Shown in pieces: positions 52,573-61,165 of a DNA stretch of 64,000 bases; the first letter of the stretch is position 1, and the number at the start of each line of letters is the position of its first letter. Below the pieces are notes generated by a model. It worked only from the letters and a program-made list of their open reading frames with translations. It searched no databases and had not been told where the DNA came from. The position numbers and the translations under genes were made by a program. The stretch is from an uncultured Actinomycetes bacterium (GTDB taxonomy: Bacteria; Actinomycetota; UBA4738; JBBDTT01), in the NCBI GenBank assembly GCA_963742735.1, contig CAVUMN010000003.1:288001-352000 (forward strand). Direction: 5' to 3'.

Positions 52573-52585
52573 GAGGCGGGGAGCG

Positions 52586-53203
52586 GTGGAGATCTGGGAG
52601 CTTTTGGGCGCGCTCCTGGTGGGGTTCATCCTCGGGGCATACGAACGCGGCCGAACGCTCGAAATCGCCGTGGCGGTCCAGAAGCTCGAGCGGCAACAAC
52701 AGGCTCTACTCCGGGCCCGCGAGAGGCTTAGGGAGCTACTCGCCACCTTTGGCCGCGACGCCCAATCGGATCCGCGATTCGGACTGAAGGGACAGCCGGA
52801 TCGAGAATGGCTAGCAGCCAAGGATGCCCAACTCGCCCGGCTAAGGGAGTGGTGGAGGGGCTGGGTCGATGAGACGGAGCTGGCCGTTTATGACGACCAA
52901 CTGCTGGCCCGAGTGCATGGAGTCATGGGAGAAGGCAGGGCGCGTCGTCGCTACCCGCTTCTCTGGGAAGCCCAGGATTCCCTCGCGCTCTATTCGCTCA
53001 AGCCTGATGTGGTCTCTGCCTCGCTGGCCAATCGACACCTTGAGTTGGCGATGATCGCGCTTGGATACATCGAGGATTTCGTCAAACAGGCGATCCGAAG
53101 GATGGAGCCTCCAAGCCGCAGAGGGGGGCTGGCCTCCGCGCTGATGCTCTGGACACGGCGAGCGTGGCGACGCCTTGATACGTGGCTTAGCTCCTCCCGC
53201 TGA
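52586..53203 (+). CDS. hypothetical cargo protein with N-terminal TM
   Basis: Open ORF convergent with the integrase. Confidence 0.55.
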   Translation: MEIWELLGALLVGFILGAYERGRTLEIAVAVQKLERQQQALLRARERLRELLATFGRDAQSDPRFGLKGQPDREWLAAKDAQLARLREWWRGWVDETELAVYDDQLLARVHGVMGEGRARRRYPLLWEAQDSLALYSLKPDVVSASLANRHLELAMIALGYIEDFVKQAIRRMEPPSRRGGLASALMLWTRRAWRRLDTWLSSSR

Positions 53204-53218
53204 CGCCAGTCGTCCGAC

Positions 53219-54448
53219 CTACGCCTCGAGGATCATCGTGGCAACTCGGTTGGCTGCCTCCTCCTGAAGTCCCGCGATCGCGTGCGAGTACGTGTCCAGC
53301 GTGATGGAGACCGTCGCATGGCCGAGGCGCTCGCTTACGACCTTGGGATGAACGCCGGCGGCGAGGGCTGCCGTCGCGTAGGAGTGGCGCAGGTCGTGGA
53401 GTCTGATCCGGGGGAGCCCCGCGCCGCGAGCGTGACGGAGGAACTGATCGGCGAACGCCTCCGGGTGGATCAGGGAACCGTCCTCGCGGGTGAACACAAG
53501 GCCCGAGTCCTGCCACGCCGGGCCCCATGCCATCCGCTCCTCAAGCTGGCGCTTGCGGTGCTCCCGCAGGCCGGCGACGGTGGCGGGGTCGAGGGCGAGC
53601 TGGCGGCGGCCCTTGCTGGTCTTGGGCTCTGAGGTCGCGGGCTTGCCGTCCACAACCACGAGCGTCTGTGTGATGGCCGTGCGGCCCGCGTCAAGGTCCA
53701 CGTCCTGCCAGCGCAGCCCAAGGGCCTCGCCCCGGCGCATGCCGGTTGTGGCCAGCAGCAGCCACGCCCCGTAAAGCCGATCCTCCCGAACGTGGCCGAG
53801 GAACTGGCGCAGCTCGGGCGGAGCCCAGACGTTCATCTGGCGGCGTCCAACGCGGGGAGGGTCCGCAACCTCTGCGACGTTGCGAGTCACGCGCCCCCAG
53901 CGGAGCGCGTCCGAGAGCGCCTTGTGGATCACAACGTGAATGTTCCGGGCGGTCTTGGGGGAGAGGCCCTGGCCGTCGCGGCGTCCGTTGGCGAGCAGCC
54001 GGCCGTAGAACCCGTTGAGCGCGGCGGGGGAGAGCTTCTGCAAGGGCAGCGCACCCAGGGCCGGCACAACGTGCTTGTTGATATTCACGCGGTAGCTGGC
54101 CAGCGTGGTGGCCCGGACGGTGGACTCGATCGCGGGCAGCCACTCCTCGAGGAGAAACTGCCCGAACGTGACCCGGCTCGGGGGGATGTACGTCCCGCGG
54201 TTCAGGCGGCCGAGGATCTCGGGGAGCTCCTGCTGCGCCTCCCGCCGAGTCGGGAATCCGCCGTGCCATTGCTGGCGGCGCTCGTCCCGATCGGGGAGCA
54301 AGGCGGCTCCGCAGCGGGCGCAGTCATCGCGCCGGCCGTCCGCCGTCCAGTACCGGGTGCGGCAGGCAGGGCAGGACCGGGCGGGCTGGCGGCCCACGTC
54401 CACCACCACGGCCCAGGTGCTTCCGCGCTTCCGAACGTGACCCCTCAT
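53219..54448 (-). CDS. int: tyrosine recombinase/integrase
   Basis: TGMRRGEALGLRW, HDLRHSYAT, ERLGH, TLDTYSH; N-terminal arm-binding domain. Confidence 0.97.
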   Translation of the reverse strand: MRGHVRKRGSTWAVVVDVGRQPARSCPACRTRYWTADGRRDDCARCGAALLPDRDERRQQWHGGFPTRREAQQELPEILGRLNRGTYIPPSRVTFGQFLLEEWLPAIESTVRATTLASYRVNINKHVVPALGALPLQKLSPAALNGFYGRLLANGRRDGQGLSPKTARNIHVVIHKALSDALRWGRVTRNVAEVADPPRVGRRQMNVWAPPELRQFLGHVREDRLYGAWLLLATTGMRRGEALGLRWQDVDLDAGRTAITQTLVVVDGKPATSEPKTSKGRRQLALDPATVAGLREHRKRQLEERMAWGPAWQDSGLVFTREDGSLIHPEAFADQFLRHARGAGLPRIRLHDLRHSYATAALAAGVHPKVVSERLGHATVSITLDTYSHAIAGLQEEAANRVATMILEA

Positions 54449-55086
54449 GACTTTGCCTTTCGCTTGCGGCCGGGCTTTGACCCGGCGGCCCTTCCGCGGC
54501 TCGTGGGGGGGAGCAGGCCCATTGCTCGGGCCCGTGCCACCCACTTGGCTGCGGCTGATTTGCTGACGTGGCCCCACTCCGCGACCCGGGCCGTTGGGTT
54601 CTTGAGGCCCGCCTTGAACGCTTCGGAGTAGACCCGGGCCACCTCGCGGAAGTGATCCGAGCCCAACGCGGGCGGCCGTCCAGGCTTGTTGCGGCGTGGG
54701 GTAGCGGCGAGGGCCCGCAAGGGCTTATCGGCGGCGAGCTGCTCTTGCCCGCTGCCGTGCTCGGAAACGTCGAGCAGATGCTCCGCGTACAACTCGAGCC
54801 GCTTGTCGATCAGCTCGGCGAGGGGCAGCTCGCGCTTGGTCGTCGCGGTCAGCCGGCGGAGGTCGCGGTCAGGGTGCCCCTTTGGCCTGCCATCCCGATC
54901 TGTATCGAAGGATCGAAGATCCAGCCCGACGCACTCCATCCGGCCATCGAGCTCGGCGAACCAGAGCGTTACGACCCACGGCCCCTTCCCGGGGTGCGGC
55001 CACAGGAACGAATCGCGCAGCCTGGGCACCTTGCTCATGCGTCGGGCCCGCTGGCTGTGGTACTCGAAGGTGCCCTCCTCGTTCAC
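54445..55086 (-). CDS. putative HTH regulator (DUF6214-like)
   Basis: EVARVY...VAEWGHVSKSAAAKWVARARAMGLL; translationally coupled to int. Confidence 0.65.
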   Translation of the reverse strand: MNEEGTFEYHSQRARRMSKVPRLRDSFLWPHPGKGPWVVTLWFAELDGRMECVGLDLRSFDTDRDGRPKGHPDRDLRRLTATTKRELPLAELIDKRLELYAEHLLDVSEHGSGQEQLAADKPLRALAATPRRNKPGRPPALGSDHFREVARVYSEAFKAGLKNPTARVAEWGHVSKSAAAKWVARARAMGLLPPTSRGRAAGSKPGRKRKAKS

Positions 55087-55210
55087 CCCCGCAGTCTATC
55101 CCGAGCGGGAACGCTTAGGCAACACGTTCCCTGAATATCCCCCTTGTTTGTGCTCGGAATTAGGGGTAAGGCGTTGTCAGAGCGTTCCCTAACCCCTACC
55201 GTGCCGAGGC

Positions 55211-55438
55211 ATGGACGACGAACTGATGCAGGTGTCGAGGGCTCGGGCTCTGGTGAGCAGCGGGGCCGCTCGCTCGGTGCGGTTGGGCGCACGTCTCTCA
55301 CTCTGGGAGCTGGCAGGGCAGATCGGATGCGCGCCCTCCACGGTCCTCCGGTGGGAACGGGGCGATCGCATTCCGCGGGGCGGCCTGGCTGTGCGCTACG
55401 TCGAAGCCCTGGACACGCTGATGAAGGCCGCCCAGTGA
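55211..55438 (+). CDS. XRE-family HTH regulator
   Basis: LSLWELAGQIGCAPSTVLRWERGDRIP. Confidence 0.85.
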   Translation: MDDELMQVSRARALVSSGAARSVRLGARLSLWELAGQIGCAPSTVLRWERGDRIPRGGLAVRYVEALDTLMKAAQ

Positions 55439-55656
55439 AGGCTCTCGAGGACTACCCCCTGGTGATGCGGCCCGAGGAGGTCGCCGAGGCCCTTCGCTGC
55501 GGGCGGTCCTCGGTCTATGAAGCCATCCGCCGGGGGGACATTCGAGCAGTGCGCCTTGGCCGTCGCGTGCTGGTTCCCAGGGCCGCGCTGGAGGAGCTTC
55601 TGGGTATCCAGGGAGCGGCGCAGCCGGCTTCGGTTTCCGAGGAGAGTGGGGCATGA
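55435..55656 (+). CDS. xis: excisionase family DNA-binding protein
   Basis: MRPEEVAEALRCGRSSVYEAIRRGDIRAVRLGRRVLVP. Confidence 0.9.
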   Translation: MKALEDYPLVMRPEEVAEALRCGRSSVYEAIRRGDIRAVRLGRRVLVPRAALEELLGIQGAAQPASVSEESGA

Positions 55657-56036
55657 CGGAGCCGGGCGACGTGCTCGCCGAGGTCATCAGCTTCCGCCGG
55701 GCCGCTCGGGCCATCGTCCGCGACGCATCGCTGGACAGGCACCAGAAGTACGCAGCCCTGATGCGACTGGCGATCCTCGCCCGTACCGAGGCTGCATTCC
55801 CGCGAGCGGCGCAGGGAGTCGTCGCTGATGAGGCGATCCCGCTACTGCATCCCGGGATGCATCCGGCACCGATCGACCCGGCAGAGCGGGAAGCGCGGCG
55901 ACTTCGCGCCCAAGGCTACGGGAGCTGCCCGACGTGCCTCCGGTCGCTTCCCACGAACGCCGAGCTTGACCGGTGGAGGCGGCTGGCGGAGGACGCTGCG
56001 ATGCGAGCGGCTCGCCGGGAGGCTCTGGTTCCGTGA
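55653..56036 (+). CDS. hypothetical protein (CPTC motif)
   Basis: ATGA and GTGA coupling within the operon. Confidence 0.65.
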   Translation: MTEPGDVLAEVISFRRAARAIVRDASLDRHQKYAALMRLAILARTEAAFPRAAQGVVADEAIPLLHPGMHPAPIDPAEREARRLRAQGYGSCPTCLRSLPTNAELDRWRRLAEDAAMRAARREALVP

Positions 56037-57328
56037 GCTCCACCGAAACCGAGCTGCTCGACCGGGTGAAATCGAACCTGCCCCCGGCCGTGCTCCCTGC
56101 CCCCGAGGGCTGGCCACGGCTGGACCCGGCCGCCCGGTACGGGCTGGCGGGCGAGTTCGTCGCAACCGTTGAGCCACACACGGAGGCGGACGCGGTTGGG
56201 CTGCTGGTGGACTTCCTCACCGCGTTCGGCTCCGCCGTTGGCCCTGGCCCTCACGTCGAGGCAGACGGCGCTCGCCATGCCGGCGCACTGTTCGCCCTCC
56301 TGGTGGGCAACACAAGCCGGGCTCGGAAGGGAACTGCCCGGAAGCAGGTCGCTCGGTTCTTCGAGGGGGCGGATGCGGCCTGGGCGACGGGATGCGTCAA
56401 GGGCGGCCTGGCGTCGGGCGAGGGACTGGTGGCCGCGCTCCAGGATCCGCCAGAGGGCGAGGGCCGGCGAGACCCCCGCCTGCTTCTGGTTGAGGAGGAG
56501 TTCGCCCGCCTCTTGGCCGCTGCCGGGCGTGAGGGCTCAACGCTGAGCCACGTTGCACGCCAAGCCTGGGATGGCGGCCCGATCGCGGTGCTCACCCGCA
56601 AGGACCCGCTGAGCGCTTCGCCGAGTCACGTCTCGCTGATTGGCCACGTCACCGAGGAGGAGCTGCGCCGGCGACTGAGCTCGACCGAGGCCGCGAACGG
56701 GTTCGGCAACCGTTTCCTGATCGTCTTGGTACGGCGCTCAAAGCTGCTGCCGAGCGGGGGCCGGCCTGCCGAGGGGGACTTTGTTCGCCTGGTTCGCTTT
56801 ATTCGCAACCGGTTGGAGGACGCCAGGAGACACACGCTGATCCAGCGCTCTCCCGATGCGGAGGGGTTGTGGGCGGACCTGTATCGAAGGATGGCCGCCG
56901 AGGATGAGCCCGGGATGGTGGGCGCACTTCTCGCCCGTGACTCCGCCCAGCTCCTCCGCCTTTCTCTGGTGTACGCGCTTACCGATGCCTCTCCGACGAT
57001 CGAGGTCCCGCACCTAGAAGCGGCTTGGGCCCTGTGGCAGTACTCGGCGGAATCGGTGCGGCACATCTTCGGGACCGTGCTGGGGGACGAGACCGCCGAT
57101 CGGCTGTACGCGGCGATCCTGGAGATGGGGGCAAAGGGCCTCGATGGAAAGGGGCAGCACGCCGCGTACGGCCGGCATGTTGACGGGGCGGAACTCGACC
57201 GGGCCCGGGCCGAGCTTGAGGAGCGCGGCCTGATCGTGACGCTCAACGTGGACACGGGTGGCCGGCCCCGCCTGGTCTCCTACGCGAAAGAAGCGAATAA
57301 AGCGAAAGAAGGTCCCCGTGGCCCGTGA
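56033..57328 (+). CDS. DUF3987-like replication protein (P-loop) with C-terminal wHTH
   Basis: LVGNTSRARKGT, SGEGL, EEEF, AWDG, NGFGNRFL, GGRP. Confidence 0.75.
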   Translation: MSSTETELLDRVKSNLPPAVLPAPEGWPRLDPAARYGLAGEFVATVEPHTEADAVGLLVDFLTAFGSAVGPGPHVEADGARHAGALFALLVGNTSRARKGTARKQVARFFEGADAAWATGCVKGGLASGEGLVAALQDPPEGEGRRDPRLLLVEEEFARLLAAAGREGSTLSHVARQAWDGGPIAVLTRKDPLSASPSHVSLIGHVTEEELRRRLSSTEAANGFGNRFLIVLVRRSKLLPSGGRPAEGDFVRLVRFIRNRLEDARRHTLIQRSPDAEGLWADLYRRMAAEDEPGMVGALLARDSAQLLRLSLVYALTDASPTIEVPHLEAAWALWQYSAESVRHIFGTVLGDETADRLYAAILEMGAKGLDGKGQHAAYGRHVDGAELDRARAELEERGLIVTLNVDTGGRPRLVSYAKEANKAKEGPRGP

Positions 57329-57482
57329 GGCTGACATTGCCGAGTTCGAGGCAGCGCTAGAGCGCGGCGTGGTGGAGTTCGCAGAGCTTGCCGCCCAGGG
57401 CGACTGGGGGCGTGCTGAGACACAGCTCGGCGTGGTGTTTGGAATCGCCTGGCTCGTGAGCGCGTACGCCGATCGTGCGTGA
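57318..57482 (+). CDS. small hypothetical protein
   Basis: Overlaps the DUF3987 end; coding-like. Confidence 0.5.
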   Translation: MAREADIAEFEAALERGVVEFAELAAQGDWGRAETQLGVVFGIAWLVSAYADRA

Positions 57483-57752
57483 GAGCTCCCAGGCCAAGGG
57501 CCGGCGCTACCTACCCGAGGGCCCGGCGGTATGTCCGAACGGCGGGGCCCGGCGGTATTCGAGAATCCGGGCGCTTCAAGCGCTACGACCTGCCCGTTTT
57601 CGGGCCTGCCCAGGAATGAGCGACCAGGGATTCTGGATCGGAGTGGCAAGCGAGGCGGCGGAGGATGCCGAGCAGCGTTGAGGAAGTCAAGGCGGGCGCT
57701 TCTTGCCAGGTGCACCGGAACCATTGACATGTCTCGCGGCAGAGGCGTACAA

Positions 57753-58202
57753 ATGAGCTTGGTGAAAAGCGCTCTGGCAGGCGGAAAGAGATCGATCCTC
57801 GTTGCCGCTTTCTTGCTCGCGGTCGTCGGCTTTGCGGCAGTGCTAACTGCTAGCGGGGGGGCGGAGGACTCGTCGGGCCTCGACTGCCCCGATGGATTTC
57901 GTAACACAGCGGTCTTCGAGCAAGGGGCTGAGTACGCCCCGTCGCCGGAAGATTCCGTGATGCGGACTGAAATACTTACGCAGCTGTTTGACCTACCACC
58001 GCAGGAGCGCCGCATGGGTACTGGCGGATCCGCTCGAGGCGGTATCGTCCGCTCAGACAACCGAGGCAGGCCGGACCGGGCTTCCTTTCAAGTCTTCCTG
58101 GACTCAAAGCCGCGTGCTTTGGTGACTTCAGTTCTCGTGGAGCCTGGCAAATGGCGTGTTACCACCGTTGAGTACTGCCCAAGCGCGGGTTCCTCCGACT
58201 GA
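57753..58202 (+). CDS. secreted hypothetical cargo protein
   Basis: Signal or TM segment; two Cys; lower GC3 than host genes. Confidence 0.55.
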   Translation: MSLVKSALAGGKRSILVAAFLLAVVGFAAVLTASGGAEDSSGLDCPDGFRNTAVFEQGAEYAPSPEDSVMRTEILTQLFDLPPQERRMGTGGSARGGIVRSDNRGRPDRASFQVFLDSKPRALVTSVLVEPGKWRVTTVEYCPSAGSSD

Positions 58203-58203
58203 C

Positions 58204-58986
58204 ATGAACCCCAACATCGCCCCGCTTGATGCGAATGGCAAACGAGTGTGGCGGGGCCTTGAAGGACTTACCGTATTTGCGTGGGCGATCCTTCTGGCCT
58301 TTGGCCCCGTCACGATGGCCTATGCCCATTCAGTAGATCAATTCTGGGGTCCCGAGTGGGCAAACCAGGATAGGGGAACAAGCAAGCAGCATTTTTCGGT
58401 GACCGAAGAGGTCCCCGGAACGACGTCTTCCGCGACTTGGCCCCTGCGCGTCTACCAAGGGTCAGTAAGGTGGAACAACGTAGACATCGTCGATCCGGAC
58501 ATGTCATTCGGCGTAAAAGCCGCCATCGTCGCCAACTACAGCCCTTACAATCATTGCGGCTCGGACTACTTCTTTGAGAACGGCATGCACTACCGTGATG
58601 TCGCCGGGGACTCTTTGGCCGTGACGATCGTTTGCACCCAGAACACGATTTGGGGAGACCAGATTCGCAACTACCAAATGGTCTTCGACCCCAATGCCAC
58701 TACGTGGTACACCGGATCGGACCCCGATGCGGTGCCGTCCGGCTCAATGGATTTGATATACGTCGCTTCTCACGAGTTCGGCCACGCCGCTGGTGGCTGG
58801 AGCGATGACACTCCTGGCGGTCACTATGACTCGGCCAACAACAGCTTACTTTGCGGCATAGGTGTACCGGTGATAGATAGGCACACGATGTGCGCTTCAG
58901 CGACAGCCGGGCGGACGCTTGACTCGAGGGCGCTCGAGTATCACGACGTCGACGTTTTCATCGAGGTCTACGATTTCGGCGGTTAG
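58204..58986 (+). CDS. secreted matrixin-like (metzincin) zinc metalloprotease
   Basis: Signal peptide AYA; DLIYVASHEFGHAAG...GH; Met-turn HTMC; L..HDV. Confidence 0.75.
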   Translation: MNPNIAPLDANGKRVWRGLEGLTVFAWAILLAFGPVTMAYAHSVDQFWGPEWANQDRGTSKQHFSVTEEVPGTTSSATWPLRVYQGSVRWNNVDIVDPDMSFGVKAAIVANYSPYNHCGSDYFFENGMHYRDVAGDSLAVTIVCTQNTIWGDQIRNYQMVFDPNATTWYTGSDPDAVPSGSMDLIYVASHEFGHAAGGWSDDTPGGHYDSANNSLLCGIGVPVIDRHTMCASATAGRTLDSRALEYHDVDVFIEVYDFGG

Positions 58987-59134
58987 GCTGAGGTTCAGCG
59001 CTTCGGGGGATCCCGGCGAGTGCGGGTCGGACGCCACGCTGACGGCCAGGTAACGAATGACAGATCGTCGGGGATCCGGGCAGCAGCGCGTTACTCGCCC
59101 GCCTGAAGACCAGCCGAATGTAGCCGCCGAGCCT

Positions 59135-59548
59135 TCAGCCATCGGCGAGGATCTCCCTGACTCGAGCCTCGCCGAGATGCTTCTCGAGCGTTTCTAGACG
59201 CCGCTGCCGATCCTTCTGCTCCCGCTCCCACTCCTCCCACCACTCGTCGAATTGGTCGCGTAGCACCTCCGAGCCCGGTTCGGTGCGCGGTGGGCTGGCC
59301 TCCTTCGCCACCGGCCCCAAGACACGCTCTAGAACCGTGGTAGCGGCGCGCAGACGGAGGCGCGGGTCCTCCGCATCGAGCAGGTCCACGAGCGTGGTGG
59401 CGGCCTTGTCCGCGTGGAGCTCGAGCCGCTCGAGGGTTTCCCCGATCCGATCTAGCCGGCGGCGTTCACGCTCGGCCGCACCAAGGACACCGTTCGCTTT
59501 GGGATCGGGACCGTCCGGGGAGCCGAAGGGCTTGCCTCGCACGGCCAC
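59135..59548 (-). CDS. hypothetical protein, terminase-small-subunit-like
   Basis: KPFGSPDGPDP...AATTLVDLLD..RLRAATTVLERVLG. Confidence 0.55.
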   Translation of the reverse strand: MAVRGKPFGSPDGPDPKANGVLGAAERERRRLDRIGETLERLELHADKAATTLVDLLDAEDPRLRLRAATTVLERVLGPVAKEASPPRTEPGSEVLRDQFDEWWEEWEREQKDRQRRLETLEKHLGEARVREILADG

Positions 59549-59567
59549 CTGTCCGTTGCCGCTGTCG

Positions 59568-60017
59568 CTAATGGGGCCCCTCCGCTTGTTCGTGGGCTTC
59601 CATCTCGGCCAGCAGTTCGTCTACACGGCGGGAGAACTCGCCACGGGAGGTGTGCTCGATGTGCTGGTCGGCCTGGCCTATGGCCTGCTCAACTAGCCAC
59701 CGGGCGTTCTGGGTGCGGATGGACCACGCCTCTTCGCCTTTGCGGGTGGCCCCCTTGATGGCCTCGAGGATGGTCTGGACAGCGCGAGGGGCGTTGAGGA
59801 TCAGGGCTTGGCGGGTCTGGTCACGTCGCTGCTCGAGCCGGCGCTCCCTCACCTCGGTGGCTTTCCTGGCAGCCGCTACAGGATCGGGTCCGTCAGGCTG
59901 ACCGAACCGGGTTCTAGAGCCCGCGTCACGCGGTCTGACCTGCTCATTCGCGGAGGCTCCCACGGCTCGATCGTATGGCCGGGGGGCGTTTGCATCGCGT
60001 TTGCGAGCCCCGAACAA
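59568..60017 (-). CDS. hypothetical protein, paralog of the downstream gene, terminase-small-subunit-like; start uncertain
   Basis: RFGQPDGPDP...APRAVQTI...EQAIGQADQHIEH. Confidence 0.55.
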   Translation of the reverse strand: MFGARKRDANAPRPYDRAVGASANEQVRPRDAGSRTRFGQPDGPDPVAAARKATEVRERRLEQRRDQTRQALILNAPRAVQTILEAIKGATRKGEEAWSIRTQNARWLVEQAIGQADQHIEHTSRGEFSRRVDELLAEMEAHEQAEGPH

Positions 60018-60132
60018 AGGCCCGTTTACCTGCGGTTATGGGGAACCCTCTGGGTTGCTCACCCACTAGTTTGAGGTCCCCATTGACCATGGCGGAACCA
60101 GCGGCCGAGGATGGGGGATCGCGGGGGGCAGT

Positions 60133-60504
60133 ATGAGGCAGTACACGCAAGAAGAGCACGAGGCAGTCAGCCGAGCGATGAAGGACTTCTTTCGCGAGGT
60201 GGCCTCGCGCTTCGAGCACGTGGCCTTCCGAGACGATCTTCCCGGGCCCAGTGGCGAGCCGGGGGGGATCATCGAGCTCCGCTGTGAGCTTCCGGGTACC
60301 AGTCGGATTGCGGCGCTCGTCGGCGCGGATCAGATCGACCTATACCTCGGTCAGAGGACTTGGTGGGAGTTCCTACCCAGGTGGAAGGATCGGGGTCCCG
60401 AGCGGATGATTGCCCGGGTTCGCAACGCCATCGAAGACGTCGTGGCCGGGCGATTCAAGGAACGCATTGGATCTCGGATCGTGCGATATGCCCCGTACAG
60501 ATAG
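60133..60504 (+). CDS. hypothetical cargo protein
   Basis: Open 123-aa ORF with plausible composition. Confidence 0.55.
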   Translation: MRQYTQEEHEAVSRAMKDFFREVASRFEHVAFRDDLPGPSGEPGGIIELRCELPGTSRIAALVGADQIDLYLGQRTWWEFLPRWKDRGPERMIARVRNAIEDVVAGRFKERIGSRIVRYAPYR

Positions 60505-60539
60505 CTGATCGCGGAGGGACTATTGCGACTCGGCCACGC

Positions 60540-61088
60540 ATGAGAAAGCGAATCGGATCGGTGAGCCTCGCTCTTCTGGTCGCGTGCTCTGGCCCGGACA
60601 GTCCTCCCCAAGCCGAGCCCAGCGCCGCGCCGGCCAGTCCCTCCCCATCACCAGCGGTAGCGCTCTTGGACTTGGGGCAGGAGGGCAGCACAGCTGGCGG
60701 GACGCGAGTGACCGTCTACTCGGTCGCCCCCTCGAGTCGGAATGGCTACTCGCCACCGAGCGGGAGCACATGGCGCATCGCGGACACCAGGCTTTGCGCC
60801 TCGCTAGAGCAGCCTGGCCAGATCGGAGTGGGGCTGGTGGCGAGCTCGCAGTTCGTCGCCGAGAGTGCGGACGGGAGTTCCTACGCGGTGGACAGCGCCG
60901 GCGTTCTGTCGAACGAGCTGATGGCGCAACCCACACGGCTGCTCGATCCGGGCGAGTGCATCCGGGGACTGTTGGTGTTCGCTCTCCCGGCGCGGACGCC
61001 AGTTGCATCCGTTGTGTTCCTGGCAGCCAGCAGCCCCGATCCAGGCTCCGGCCTAACCGCGGCGATGAGGTGGCTCGTGCCGCGCTGA
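60540..61088 (+). CDS. lipoprotein with DUF4352-like Ig domain
   Basis: MRKR + lipobox LVAC; Pro/Ser linker; LDPGECIRGLLVF. Confidence 0.7.
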   Translation: MRKRIGSVSLALLVACSGPDSPPQAEPSAAPASPSPSPAVALLDLGQEGSTAGGTRVTVYSVAPSSRNGYSPPSGSTWRIADTRLCASLEQPGQIGVGLVASSQFVAESADGSSYAVDSAGVLSNELMAQPTRLLDPGECIRGLLVFALPARTPVASVVFLAASSPDPGSGLTAAMRWLVPR

Positions 61089-61165
61089 ACCGAGGGCCCG
61101 CCGTCGCTTTTCGCCCGCTTTTTCGCCAGTCAAAATGGCCCCCGCTCGGCCAGGGTCACCCATTT

